A DNA stretch of 63,997 nt, filler included, from Rhabdomonas costata (Eukaryota): NCBI GenBank assembly GCA_019059605.1. It is 39 parts of 39 records of this genome, joined end to end, with 100 filler letters (N's around TTAATTAATTAA, not from the genome) between each part and the next. Parts side by side here need not be neighbours in the genome. Positions count along the whole stretch, not along the records: positions 36,162 to 37,705 come from JAHMHO010013377.1; positions 37,806 to 39,349 come from JAHMHO010013378.1; positions 39,450 to 40,994 come from JAHMHO010013379.1; positions 41,095 to 42,638 come from JAHMHO010013380.1; positions 42,739 to 44,282 come from JAHMHO010013381.1; positions 44,383 to 45,925 come from JAHMHO010013382.1; positions 46,026 to 47,570 come from JAHMHO010013383.1; positions 47,671 to 49,214 come from JAHMHO010013384.1; 31 more parts are not named here. One strand, 5' to 3'. Numbering within the stretch: the stretch's first letter is position 1; each line of letters starts with the position of its first letter. Below are positions 36,362-47,894 of this stretch, piece after piece. The position numbers and the translations under genes were made by a program. The notes below the pieces were generated by a model that searched no databases, was not told the origin of the DNA, and saw only the letters and a list, made by a program, of their open reading frames with translations.

Positions 36362-37531
36362 GTGGAGAAGCCCGATCTGGTCTCCACGCTGGCCTTCCTG
36401 CACGACACCTTCGTCGTGCACCGTAGGCCGAGCTTCGCGGAGCTGCTCTCCGATCCCGAGGCCTTTCTGCAGTTCCTTCTTGAGCTCCACCAGAGGCTTG
36501 TGGTGGTTGGTGGTTGGGGACTGAGTCGTCGTCGGCAAAGCTCGCTCTTACATCAATGCCTCTCGCCAACCCTCGTGCGAGAATGGGTCTTATATTAAAA
36601 CGAGAGAGACGCCAGAAATGGAGGTGTTTTGAATCTGCTGTGTGTTATTCTGAGGGGAAACCTCACCCATGATGCCACCATGAGAAATTCGTGTGAGAAT
36701 CGCTGTCTGCGAGGACCAAAAATCACCTCCCTGAGAAAACAGGAGGAATCTCGACAACTCAACAACTTTTTCCATGAGAGGGTTCTGTGGAACGCCGCAG
36801 CCATGTTTTTATGGCATTTAGGGGGATAGTAAACCTGTAAATTGTGAGAAGAATTCAGCGTGCGGTCCACTGGTACTGGGCGAGACTTTTGGTTTCAAAC
36901 TGTTGTTATTCATTTTTAGGATTCACCTCAGCACGTATCCTTCGCCAGGATTGTGTAGAGTCCTCGCCTGAGTACTGATGGCCATTTTGTGGTTTTAACT
37001 GTTGGATATTGTTTCGTGGCATCGATGTCAGGACACCCGTGAGACACAGACAGAACTCGGCTTCCCACGAAGGCCCAGTCCGCGGCACGGCCGGAGCTGC
37101 CGGCTGGGGCGGGAAGGTGGCCTGGGGGACCTGTAGCAGCTTTTTAACATGCAGTTCAATAAAATCAAGGGAAAGTGTCAATTACACCCGTTCCGTGCAC
37201 GCTCTCATTTGTCTGCATTTTTTTTGCGATGGACTGTCTGATGGAAGATGCTAGCTGGACATTACTCGGAGGTGCCGGATGGGGGCGTGAGATGGAGAAC
37301 CCTTTCCACCCCCGTCCTTTTGTTTATTTTTAGGCTGATGGGCTCAGTGGGGCGCTCTCGGGGCTTCGAGGCGGGGGTGCTGCGGACGGAGAACGTGTGC
37401 CTGGCCACAGCGCGGTGGTGCCCGCCGCAGTTCACGGAGGTCCCGGAGCTGCTGCGGGAGTACGCGCAGTGGGCCGCGGAGGGCTCGGCCAGTCTGGACC
37501 CCGTGGTGTTCGCCATTGAACTGCAGTGCCG
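36362..37531 (+). CDS. Fic/Fido-domain protein, two exons upstream of the catalytic motif
   Basis: Exons 36362-36495 and 37334-37531 give ...FLLELHQR-LMGSVGRSRGFEAGVLRTENVCLATARWCPPQFTEVPELLREYAQWAAEGSASLDPVVFAIELQCR. This matches the Fic pattern lH..lm...aG..R...V.i...P....V..l...w...hPv..A. The HPFxDGNGR motif would lie beyond the contig. Confidence 0.8.
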
Positions 37532-37837
37532 GTGCGTTGCAGGGGTCCTGTCTGCCCAAAAATGGAAGCTATCATGTCTTTTTGGCGCTCCTGATACGAA
37601 TACTCACCCACCCGTCCCTGTTTTTCATTAGGAGCATGCAATCAATAATTATTAAGTATGAAAATTATTAATTATGTCTCTCTTGGAAGCTTAAGAACAC
37701 CCCACNNNNNNNNNNNNNNNNNNNNNNNNNNNNNNNNNNNNNNNNNNNNTTAATTAATTAANNNNNNNNNNNNNNNNNNNNNNNNNNNNNNNNNNNNNNN
37801 NNNNNTCGTTGGTTGGTTTGCGACTATTATCATTCAG

Positions 37838-39078
37838 ATTCGCGAAAGAACTTCAAAGTTTGACAAGGAGGCACTGGTGTCCGAACTGGAGACCACCCAG
37901 CGGCGCTTGCAAGAGCTGGAGAAGGAGCTCGCCGCATCTCGGACGTCGCTGAAGACAACACCACCAACTTCTTCTGTTCCAAGCCCCAAAGCTCCTCCCG
38001 GTAAAGAAACTAGTCCTCTCATTGAGGAATGTACGTTTTTTTTTACAATTTGCGCGTCTTTTGAGCTGGGAGCCGAAGTCTAAATCCTTTTAATGGTTTT
38101 GTCCAAGCTATTGGAATGCCGTTAACTTGAAGAGAGGAGTCCAATAAAGTCGGCAGCTGCCTTTGATTGATGTGCTTTTGAAGGAGCCGGAAACGTAAGT
38201 TGATGTGTTGCGTTTGGCTTACGAAATGGATTATTCAAGGGACCTGCTTCGTACGTGCCTCCTTTTTCTCCAGGAGCTGAGGGCTATCATCCCTTCAAAG
38301 CCTGAGACGGACGCGCTTCTGGAGGAGTTGAAATCTCACTTTGGACAACAGACAGAAAAATCACGGCAGCTCCAGGCATCGCTCTCTCAAAAGGTGCCGT
38401 ATACAGACACAGACAAAATCAGAATCGTCAGGTTCGGTACAAGTGACACCGGCCCAGTCCAAGGTTGCAGCCTTTGCTGTCTCCGCAACTAACTCACTCC
38501 TCCAGCGCTTTACCAACAACCCTTCACCTGTATTCCCGAAGCAAGGCAGAAGAGCAACAAAAGGACTTGTCAGGTGCTCGACGTGAAGACACTTCTGGTC
38601 GTCCTTGTGCGTCCTTGTGCGAAGATATAAGGCGAAGAAGTTCCTCTCAACCCGCCAGGGCATCGGCGTCACTTGACGCTTCCAACCGCACCATTCCTTC
38701 CCATTGAGCACTTCTCTTCCCTTCTCCGCACTGAGCAAGACAGAGAGCAAGAAGGCTACAACACAAGCACCCGATTCTCTTGCTCATCCTTTTAATGTCA
38801 TATTGCAGCATCGAGATAGATGGCGAAAGTTCCTCATCTTCCGGATGAAATTTGTGCCGCTGACCTCGTGTTTGTTTGCAATGTGCCGAGCTTCTGGCGC
38901 CAAAAGAGAAAGTGAGAAAGGGTGAGGTCTTAAATTTGGGATTTTTCTTCGCGCGATAGGAGAGCGAAGTGGGTACGCTGCGCAAGCAACTCGATGTGAA
39001 GCAGTGGCAGGCCACAAAAGAGGATGCGGCAAAGGAGGAGGAGCGGCGAAGAAATGAACGGCTGCTCGTCCAAGTCAG
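37838..39078 (+). CDS. Coiled-coil protein, several internal exons
   Basis: AG/GT-bounded exons 37838-38000, 38274-38393 and 38960-39078 with heptad-like E/L/K/Q-rich translations (ELETTQRRLQELEKELAA; ESEVGTLRKQLDVK...KEEERRRNERLL). Confidence 0.65.
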
Positions 39079-39590
39079 GTGAGTCTTCGCACCCGCTTCT
39101 CTGCTTCTCTGTGATCGCTTTTTTGTTTCGTTTTCGTGGTTTTTCTCAGTCGTGCTGTGCTCAGTACAGCGCCTAATAACTTCGTTTTGCCCACCTCTCA
39201 ACGGGAATGTTCGTCCAAATGATAAATGGCTTCAGGACTGAGATGGGAGCCTCGCACCCAAACTTGCTCCCGTATGAGCAAAAGGCATGACGTCTCCCGT
39301 TCAATCCAGGCACACTGCATCTTGATTTTCACTCTCACACACCCAACACNNNNNNNNNNNNNNNNNNNNNNNNNNNNNNNNNNNNNNNNNNNNTTAATTA
39401 ATTAANNNNNNNNNNNNNNNNNNNNNNNNNNNNNNNNNNNNNNNNNNNNTTTGTTTGGGACGGGAACGAGGGGCGCCCGACCTGCCACTCTGTATTAAGT
39501 AGACTCGTTTCTTTGCCCTTCAGTCCCTTACCGGAGCAAACCCCGACGAACTCGGGAGACCAGAGCTTGGAAGCACCCGACCCCACTCAG

Positions 39591-39745
39591 TCCTGCTTTC
39601 TGTATGGTCCCCCGGCGCTGCTGAAGCGGCTGCGGCACACTGCTAAGTTCCTCCCCCCTCTGGTGGAGTTCTTCGCGGGGTACACCTCCGTGCACATCTC
39701 GCGGGCCGTCGGAAGCCTTGTGATCGTGTTCCTGGACTGCTGGGG
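39591..39745 (+). CDS. Internal exon of unknown protein
   Basis: ctcag|SCFLYGPPALLKRLRHTAKFLPPLVEFFAGYTSVHISRAVGSLVIVFLDCW|gtacgg; high GC3. Confidence 0.45.
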
Positions 39746-40029
39746 GTACGGTCTTTTCTTGGGCGAAGAAAAATACATGCTGCTCAGTCGTTTGGCTTTG
39801 AGTAAGAGTTGCCAAAACTCAGAAGCAGATGCAACGCAGTGGTAACCCCCCGAGGCATTCGGTCAAGAAAAGATCGTGAGTACCGAACTCTGCTCAAACC
39901 CAGATGAAAATGGGCATAAAAGCGGCGCGGAAATAGATGTGAATTGGGTGGGTGGGTAACGAAACAGATTCAGTCCGTGAGCCTTGCCGCAGTGCTGCCA
40001 GATATCCGCTGAAGGCTTCCTCAGCTGCC

Positions 40030-40399
40030 GCATAACGGTAACCCCATCCTTACGGCTACCTTTATGAGTAAACGTGGCTGAATACACCTTGCGTGGCCAA
40101 CAGCGCGTGTGCCCTTCTTCAGCTCCACGGAGCCCCGAACTGGGGCTGTGCAGCGCTGCGCACCACCTGCCCAGAACCTTGTGAGAAGGGAACTGCAGAG
40201 AGACGGTGCAACAAAGAGCCAGTAAACGCGGGACTTGGACCAATTCAGACGAACGGTGGGGGGAGCGGCGAGGGATTTGGAGAGTTGAGTGGGTGTCATC
40301 AACACCACCGTGCAAATAAATGAGGGGGATGGTGCCCGCAGAAAAGAGTTTGGGTCCCAGCGGGTCCCCTTGCTTCACGCCTTGACAAGAAGAGTTCAC
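40030..40399 (-). mobile_element. Degenerate non-LTR retrotransposon reverse-transcriptase fragment
   Basis: GVKQGDPLGPKLF (RT domain 4 GVxQGDPLxPxLF) followed by a decayed xxDD (GVDD). Spacing is shortened, so it is probably a relic. Confidence 0.7.
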
Positions 40400-41422
40400 C
40401 CGTGAACATGTGTAGAGAGGTGTGTGGGAGCAGTAACACCAATCGTACCAACATGACTTTGGTGGCCCAGACAGCCTACCGTGGAGTCAACAGTCACCAC
40501 ACTGTGACATGTTGTGACTTTTGGTCTTGCTCCAGGGCAGCGTGAGAATTCTCCTCCACCCACATGACAGTTCTGCTTGTTAAAACACCCATTTAAATAA
40601 AAATTTGCATCAACGCTAACAAACAGATGCAGCCGGAAGCAGGGGTGACTCCACTTGCCAAGCAATTACCCAAAAAACTACAGCGCTTTGCTACCAGCTC
40701 CGTGGATGAGGATCTGGGCACTGGGAAAGAGAACAATGGTTTGTGTCTTGTGCGCAACTCCTGTCGCCTTCTCTTTCGCCGTTGGAGTGCTGACTCTCTG
40801 TTCTCCGGGTTCGTGTGTTCGGCCCCGTGAGGTGTTTGGTAGAGAGCGGTGCCTGGTGGAACGTTGGGGCGTGCTGTCCTTGCCGGAGCGCATGCATTGC
40901 TCGGAGTGTTCCCGCCCCCTGCCTGAGTGCGTGGGTGATGTACGTGTGGGGCTTTGGGTTGCCTCAGCACCTTTCCCCTTTTGCTACTCTGACANNNNNN
41001 NNNNNNNNNNNNNNNNNNNNNNNNNNNNNNNNNNNNNNTTAATTAATTAANNNNNNNNNNNNNNNNNNNNNNNNNNNNNNNNNNNNNNNNNNNNGGTGTG
41101 GATGCGCGTCATTTCTCCCAAATAATATCAATTTTGAGGGTGATGTACAACCTGCTTGCACGGGACGTACAATCTTCGCACAATCGGCAGGACGGCAGTG
41201 GATTCGGTTTCAGGTGGGGGTGGGTCCCATCACAACGCGACTGCATGCGATTTGGATTCGCCCTCACCGGCATCACCAGCGGACCGTGGCGAAAACGGAG
41301 AAGGATCGAAAGCACTCTCCACAACGCGTAGGAAGAAGCCATTCCTGATGGGAAGTCTTTCTGCCTCCAGCGAAATGGTGAGTTCGTTTTCGCTTTCTAA
41401 TTTCCCACACATGTACAGACAC

Positions 41423-42423
41423 CACTTCTGGGCCTTCCCGTCGTGCCACCGCCCCACTGCGGTGTGCCCGGCGAAGCTGCTGTGCACCACCGCCCTCTGC
41501 CACTCGTTCAGCGTGCTGCACGTCACGCTGCCGGCAAACGCGGAGAGGTAGTTCTCCATGGGCAGCCAGGTCCCGGGGTGCACCGACGGAGTCTGAGCGC
41601 GGTCCTCGGCAATGAGCTGAAGAAGCTTGGCTTGAGTGGACTCCGGCAGGTCCTTCAGAACCCTTTGATACCCATATCAAGCAAGGAAACTCTTTCTTTC
41701 TCAGATTTTTATTTCCTGGTGAAGCAGTAACGGTTCCTAGCGGTGACAGGAAACTTACCGAAGCGTTCTCGAAACGATGTATAGTGCACTGGTAAACTGC
41801 AATGGTGAACCTTAATGGATGTTCGTTAAATTTAAGGGGTGAGGCTAGACTTCCCAAAAATACTGCAGACTAGACCCTCGCTAGGGCTTATCGGACAAAA
41901 GGGGCAGAGGCAAGCCTGTGTCGTGGCCAATTCCACCGAGAACCCCTCAATAGCACCTTCTTCTATCCCAGAATATGGCTGGCTAGGCATTCTAAATGTA
42001 CAAGTGAGACCTGCTTTTTGGTTACCCACCCAGCCAAAAAGTATTCTTCTGCGGGATAAAGATTTGTAAAATCGAACACTTAACCGCATGGATGTGAGAC
42101 ACATGAGTGATCTTACTTAATAGCAGAGGTTATCACGCCGAAAACACTTCTATTCATTCCATTATCCCTCAAGAATTTAGAATCAAAGAGAGTCGGGTCT
42201 TGGAAAGGTGGAAAGGTGCCCTATGACACACGTGTGCAATGGGACTATCTTTTCATCGTTGACCCTGACACCTATAAGCCGCCTGGCACAATTTCCGGTG
42301 GGTTCGGGGGTTTAGTCTGGCACAATCACCCCATTTTAGAGAGGACGTGGCAGTACCGTGCTTGGTGCTCGGCGTCCAACTTCTCGCCCCATGGGTCCCA
42401 CACTTCCACTGCCGCGTGCAGCG
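41423..42423 (-). CDS. Calpain-like protein, end of catalytic domain II and start of domain III (partial)
   Basis: Exons 42423-42357 and 41662-41423 splice in phase 2: AVEVWDPWGEKLDAEHQAR-VLKDLPESTQAKLLQL...HPGTWLPMENYLSAFAGSVTCSTLNEWQRAVVHSSFAGHTAVG. Compare the calpain consensus NPWG...G.FWM..eDF...F....vC...W..v.g.W.g.tAgG. Confidence 0.6.
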
Positions 42424-42487
42424 CTGGGGGCTCACCACCCTCGAAACTCAGCACCTGCAAAAACCCAGAGAAACCTCGTCTACCAAT

Positions 42488-42636
42488 CGTTCACCCGCAT
42501 GCAATCGGCAAATGGGAAATAATCCTGATACGTGACAAACAAACGAATTCGATGCAACATCTGCGCAAGCGCATACAGGCACCACCAACCGTTCACCCGC
42601 ATGCAATCGGCAAATGGGAAATAATCCTGATACGTG
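42488..42636 (+). repeat. 47-nt identical direct repeat, two copies, 102-nt period, truncated by contig end
   Basis: cgttcacccgcatgcaatcggcaaatgggaaataatcctgatacgtg at 42488-42534 and 42590-42636. Confidence 0.9.
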
Positions 42637-43362
42637 TCNNNNNNNNNNNNNNNNNNNNNNNNNNNNNNNNNNNNNNNNNNNNTTAATTAATTAANNNNNN
42701 NNNNNNNNNNNNNNNNNNNNNNNNNNNNNNNNNNNNNNTTGTGTGTTTGGGGGTGGCGCATTTGAGGTGAGCACGCATATTCCGTCTGTTCCGGAATGTG
42801 CATGGTCGGCATGTTTTGTTTCAAAACTGAGGTTGTTTATTGAAATCTTTTGAAAACACGTGGGGGATAACAGCATTGTGTAGGGGCTCAACGGATTTCG
42901 AGGAAAGAATTCAGGATGCGTTTGCCACTTTGCGGGTAAGGGAAAGAGGGAAGAGCAGGAAGGGGAGGGGGAGGGGTTGATAAATCTCGCTATCGTTCGT
43001 AATTCTGCCCTGGAACATCCCTCTCTGTGGATCCTCACACACATCCGCTGATGCGAGGCATCCCACGAAAAGTCGTCGTCAACCCCGCAGGTGCAAAGAA
43101 CCCGACCAAGAGCGTCTAAGGCAGGTCGAGATGGTGGCATGCGGATGATGACCCAACGACTCCGTCACCAGTAGGGCATGAGATCATTCAGGTGCGCAGA
43201 GTCCTCAATTACACTCTCTGTGGATCCTCCTGCGGTCTTCGGCAGCGCATTCTTCTTCTGTCCCTCTCCCCCCGCTGTTTTGTAGACTCGAGCAGGACCA
43301 GGGCCTGGGCCCGCGGGAGGCTTTAGTGCGATCCGCTTTCGCCCTCCGAAAAGAAAAAACAA

Positions 43363-43646
43363 ATGTTGGCGAGGCGCGGGGTGCGCATCGCGGTGTCCGT
43401 GTTGTTCGGGGTGTTGGTGGTGGGGCTGAGGGCTGGGCCGGGGAGCCGGCGGGTGCTGCGGTGGGTGGCGGAGCGGATGGAGGGGGCCCCGAAGGAGCCC
43501 TTGTGGGAGATCTTCTTCCTGGACCTCCGGACGGAGCCCTTCCGTGGGCCGCCCACGCTGTGCTGCCTCAACGGGGTCCAGCTGACCTTTCGCGGCTGCC
43601 ACCGGGGCAACGTCACCGTCACCAACGGGCTCCACCCCTGCCAGCC
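43363..43646 (+). CDS. First coding exon of a type II membrane/secreted protein of unknown family
   Basis: ATG, short basic N-terminus and hydrophobic helix (MLARRGVRIAVSVLFGVLVVGL); high GC3; donor CC|gtacgc. Confidence 0.6.
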
Positions 43647-44917
43647 GTACGCCCTGCCTCCACACACATACACACTTTAGCAAGACTGCGGTTTTGGGGA
43701 GACAAAACGCACAACCCCCTAAACAGGCAATTTACAAAAAGCGATCTGCACACTGCACAGAAGAAGCAATGGTTTCGGGATTTCGGGATTTCGGGGTTTC
43801 GGGATGCACAACAGTGGTAAAAGAAAAGAAAAGAAACACACACACACATACACAACGTTGGGTGGTGAGCTGATAACCCGCGGCACCGCTCGCACCAACG
43901 GTTCCTCTCGCCTGCACCTGTGGCCAACAGCGCGTACTCCCGTCAGTCCACCGTGGTCACCAACTGTCGTTCAGGAAACAGCCAGCACTCTATGCGCCGC
44001 CCAACACACACCCTAATCCGCATACACCCACAACAACACCAGTGGCAGGATGACCAACAACAAGCCAAAGCTAGCCCAGGGAGGCAAGCCAGTGCGCGAG
44101 CCACGGACCGACTCCAGAAATCTGACGACGAACTGTTACAGTGGCAGCAAGCAGGAACTGCGACAGGGGCTCTGGAGGAGAGTCACACTGACAATAATTG
44201 AGGATTTGCGCTGCGCCCGACAGCCGACTTTAGACACATGAACACACACGGAATTCTTTGAAGAACGAGACACCACCCACACNNNNNNNNNNNNNNNNNN
44301 NNNNNNNNNNNNNNNNNNNNNNNNNNTTAATTAATTAANNNNNNNNNNNNNNNNNNNNNNNNNNNNNNNNNNNNNNNNNNNNACGGGGTTCATTCATGTG
44401 ATCGCTCAGGTCAGTGGCAGGTCACTCCATGAACGGGGATCTCATCTCTCGCGGGGGAAGTTAGGGGGTATTGCACCCACTTGACATTTGGTATCGCTTT
44501 CGACTTTGTATTCTATCGGTATGCGTGTATCATCTTTTGCTTCTCGAGGTTGCAGGGCTCATTCCAGTGTCGTTTGGGATGGTTGCAGGGAACTTTTTCG
44601 TGTCTTGTGGGTTGGCGTTTCATAAGCAACAGGTGGAAATACTCCTCACGGTGGGGTTAAACTGTGGTCTCGATCACCCGAGAATTGAAGCGTTGTCGAA
44701 TTCAGCCACTTTGCCTCTTTGCAGTTCATAAAAAGGACCTCAAAATAATCTTCATGGCTGTTTTTACAAATGTGGCTTATGTACCATTAACTGCGGTCAC
44801 AGCGACCCCTCTAAGTTGCCAGTTGGCGAATTTCGGTGTTCCGCAGCTGCCCTTTTTTTTTTTTCGCTTGGCACCTGCGCAATCTTCCTTGATTTGCATC
44901 CTTCCTGTTTCTCCGCA

Positions 44918-45737
44918 ATGAGGTCGATGGACCTGCAGTCTCCACCCGGATCGCCGCCTCCCCACCCTCAACACAATGTGTCCGCGGTGTCCAGCTTCCT
45001 GGCGGCCAACCCGGTGACGGCGATTGTGCTGATCACAACCTTCGTGCCGTCGATGGCGATGGTGGTGGGGTCGCTGCTCTCCTTCCGGATTAACCCGTCG
45101 GAGCGCGTTATGGGTGCGTCGTATAGCAAGAAAGCGGGTGGGATGGGTGGTGAATGATGATGAGTGGGAGATTGGGCTTATCACCCAACGAGTGCCCTTT
45201 TTTTTGCGCGTGCTTTTGATTTTTGATTTTTGCGAGTGCGAAATCTTGATAGCAGAGTTTGACATGCATAGCCAGTATTATCTCTTCCTTTTACCACATC
45301 TTGTCATCTTGTGGGCACCCCTAGACACCAACCTTTTGCATCCCTGGACACCCAACTTTTTTTTCACGCACATGCATACGGATGCATGCAGTAAATTTCT
45401 TCCCGGCATATTTTAGCTCTGGGTAATTAGTGTGCTGTATTCCCATGCTCGGCGCGACATGAATCCCACACACACAACACGTGCACACAGGTGGCCTGCA
45501 GATGTTCGCCGCAGGGATCGTTCTGGCCGCGGTGGGGTGCGAGCTCTTGCCACAGCTGCAGTCGGCGCACAGCTTCTCGGAGCGGATGGGCGCCTTTCTG
45601 GGCTTTGCGGGGGGATGTGTGGCTATGTTTGCGGTGCGGTGGGCGACGGACCTTCTGGGCGACGACGATGTCATCCTTGATGTGCAGGCCACGATGCGGA
45701 AGGCCCCCAGCGAGACGACGGGTCTTCTGATTCCAAG
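44918..45737 (+). CDS. ZIP/ZupT-family metal transporter, N-terminal exons
   Basis: Exon 44918-45113 plus exon from 45491: ...AMVVGSLLSFRINPSERVMGGLQMFAAGIVLAAVGCELLPQL...AFLGFAGGCVAMFAV. Matches the ZIP TM2-TM3 motif FAAGxxxxxxxxELLP. Confidence 0.85.
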
Positions 45738-47756
45738 GCACACACGCAGCCTCTCGCCGACGCACACTCACGTCGCCATGCTTGCTTTTGTTTTACCTCT
45801 CCTTTTTGCTTTTGTGTTTCCTCTCCTTTCACTATGTCTGTGCTTGCATTTTTAAGAACAGCGCGCTTGTTACTTTTCGTGTGCAGCATCTCTGGACAAC
45901 AAACCCCCCACACACACCCACCACANNNNNNNNNNNNNNNNNNNNNNNNNNNNNNNNNNNNNNNNNNNNTTAATTAATTAANNNNNNNNNNNNNNNNNNN
46001 NNNNNNNNNNNNNNNNNNNNNNNNNCTGTTGGTGAGATGAGACTTCAGAAAAGCTCAAGAGTTGATGAAGTAGTGGTTCATTTGGATAAAGCCAGTGAGG
46101 AAGTCACGGAAGGTATATGGGATCAGTTGAATGGAGAGAAAGTTGAGGGAGAAGGCGAAGCAAGAGCAAGAACATCTGACCGAGGCAAGTCTGTAAATAG
46201 CACAACCCGACTATATGACACACTGCCTGGAAGAAAAGCAAAGCGAGAGAGGGAAAGTGGAGAGAAGGCCGAACCGTAGAGAGAGAGAAGGGCAAGACCC
46301 TCGAGCCAGACAGTGAGAGAAAGGATTTGGAAGTAAATTGGAAAAGACGCGAAAATCAGGAAGGAACTGCAAGAGAAAAGCACAGGAAAAATGAGAGCAT
46401 CCAGTGAGCAGAGAGGAGAAGAGATAAAGCGCACCTGAGATATTTAAAGTCTTGAGGCAAGACAATGGGAGGAAGAAGGCCAAGCTAAAAGAGGATTATA
46501 GAAGAGGTGAAGATAAAGGCTTACTATGATAAAGGAAATCCTATATGCGCATGTGCACGCGTATGTTGAGTTTTTGCTCAGCGATGATCGAGTCAACATC
46601 CTGCAGAATGGAGTAATTTGACGACGAGCGGATGTTGGATTAAAAGATGAACAAGTCGGTGTTCTTCAACACCGATTTTAAGAGATTAGAGAAAGAGATC
46701 CAGATAAAGGTTGCAGCTAAAAGCTAGACGGAGCAAGGCTAAAGCGAGCTAGAGGCGAATCAGGGCTAAAAAGGTTGAGAGCTGAACCTTCTCACTTTCC
46801 CCTTTGCTGTGCTCTGGTGCCGTTACATTCTTGCTTGCCTTGTTTTTGTGTGGGAAAGGCGTAAGCGTACGGATGGGTAAAGGCAAGACCTCCAGGACCC
46901 CACCTCCCAGAGGAACCCTCTAAAGCAAAGCCAGCAGAAGCCACAGCAAGAGAAGTCCAGCTAAACCACCCGCTTTGCCCAAGACCCCGGCCACACCTCA
47001 GCTAATGAGCCCCCGCCCCCAGCTAGAGCAAGCAAGCGCGGAGCCGAAGAGCACGACGCCATACACACCCAAGCCAGAAGCCAAATATATAGCCCACGCG
47101 GAGGCGACAGACCGCAGCGCACAAAGAGAGGAAGCCAGACCGGGATCGGGATAACCTCAGCCTCGTGCTTGGTGTTTCCACCCATTTAAACCGCGGCAGC
47201 GCCCACTTAGTGCAAGCTAAGTCGGATACAGGCTGTCAGAAGCGGAACCCAGATCCACGACCACCCGCAAGAGGTAGGAGGCAGGTAAGAGTCTCAGCGG
47301 ATAGACAGCGTGTGACACAACATCCCGCCAAGGGCATTATGTCACGGCCCGGCTGACAACTTTACCATTTACGTTTATCCCGGCGTTCCTGTGGGCTCGG
47401 TGTTCAGCAGGCGTATCCCGACAATGCTTTCCGTCTTACCTTGGGTGTCCCCGAGAGCGTGACTTTCTTACGACCGGTACGGCTTCGACTTGCGTCCGAA
47501 GTTTGGCGACCGATGAAACCGAAGGTAAGACGGAAAGCATTGTCGGGATACGCCTGCTGAACACCAACCCNNNNNNNNNNNNNNNNNNNNNNNNNNNNNN
47601 NNNNNNNNNNNNNNTTAATTAATTAANNNNNNNNNNNNNNNNNNNNNNNNNNNNNNNNNNNNNNNNNNNNGTGTTGGGTGTGGTTGGGGTTGGTTGTGGA
47701 CATTTGCTTTGCCAAGAATCCTGGCGATGTGAACTTTAGGGTGTGTGGTATTGCAG

Positions 47757-47894
47757 GGTTCCAGTGAGTTTGAGACTGTGAATGTGTTCCGACCCGTATT
47801 TATGATGACGGATGAAGACAAAAGAGCGAGCATGCCGGACTCCCTGGTGAATTATCTGGACGACATGAAGCCGCAGAGCAGCAGCAGCTCATGA
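47757..47894 (+). CDS. Terminal exon of an unknown protein
   Basis: tgcag|GSSEFETVNVFRPVFMMTDEDKRASMPDSLVNYLDDMKPQSSSSS*. Confidence 0.45.
   Translation, partial: GSSEFETVNVFRPVFMMTDEDKRASMPDSLVNYLDDMKPQSSSSS

Noticed and set aside
42488-42636. Two identical 47-nt repeats with a 55-nt spacer as a possible CRISPR array
   Set aside because: Only two copies, in a eukaryotic intronic context with no cas genes, and abutting a contig end. A minisatellite or amplification duplication is more likely.
46026-47340. Purine-rich, stop-riddled frames possibly from a decayed retroelement
   Set aside because: No diagnostic motif could be recovered.
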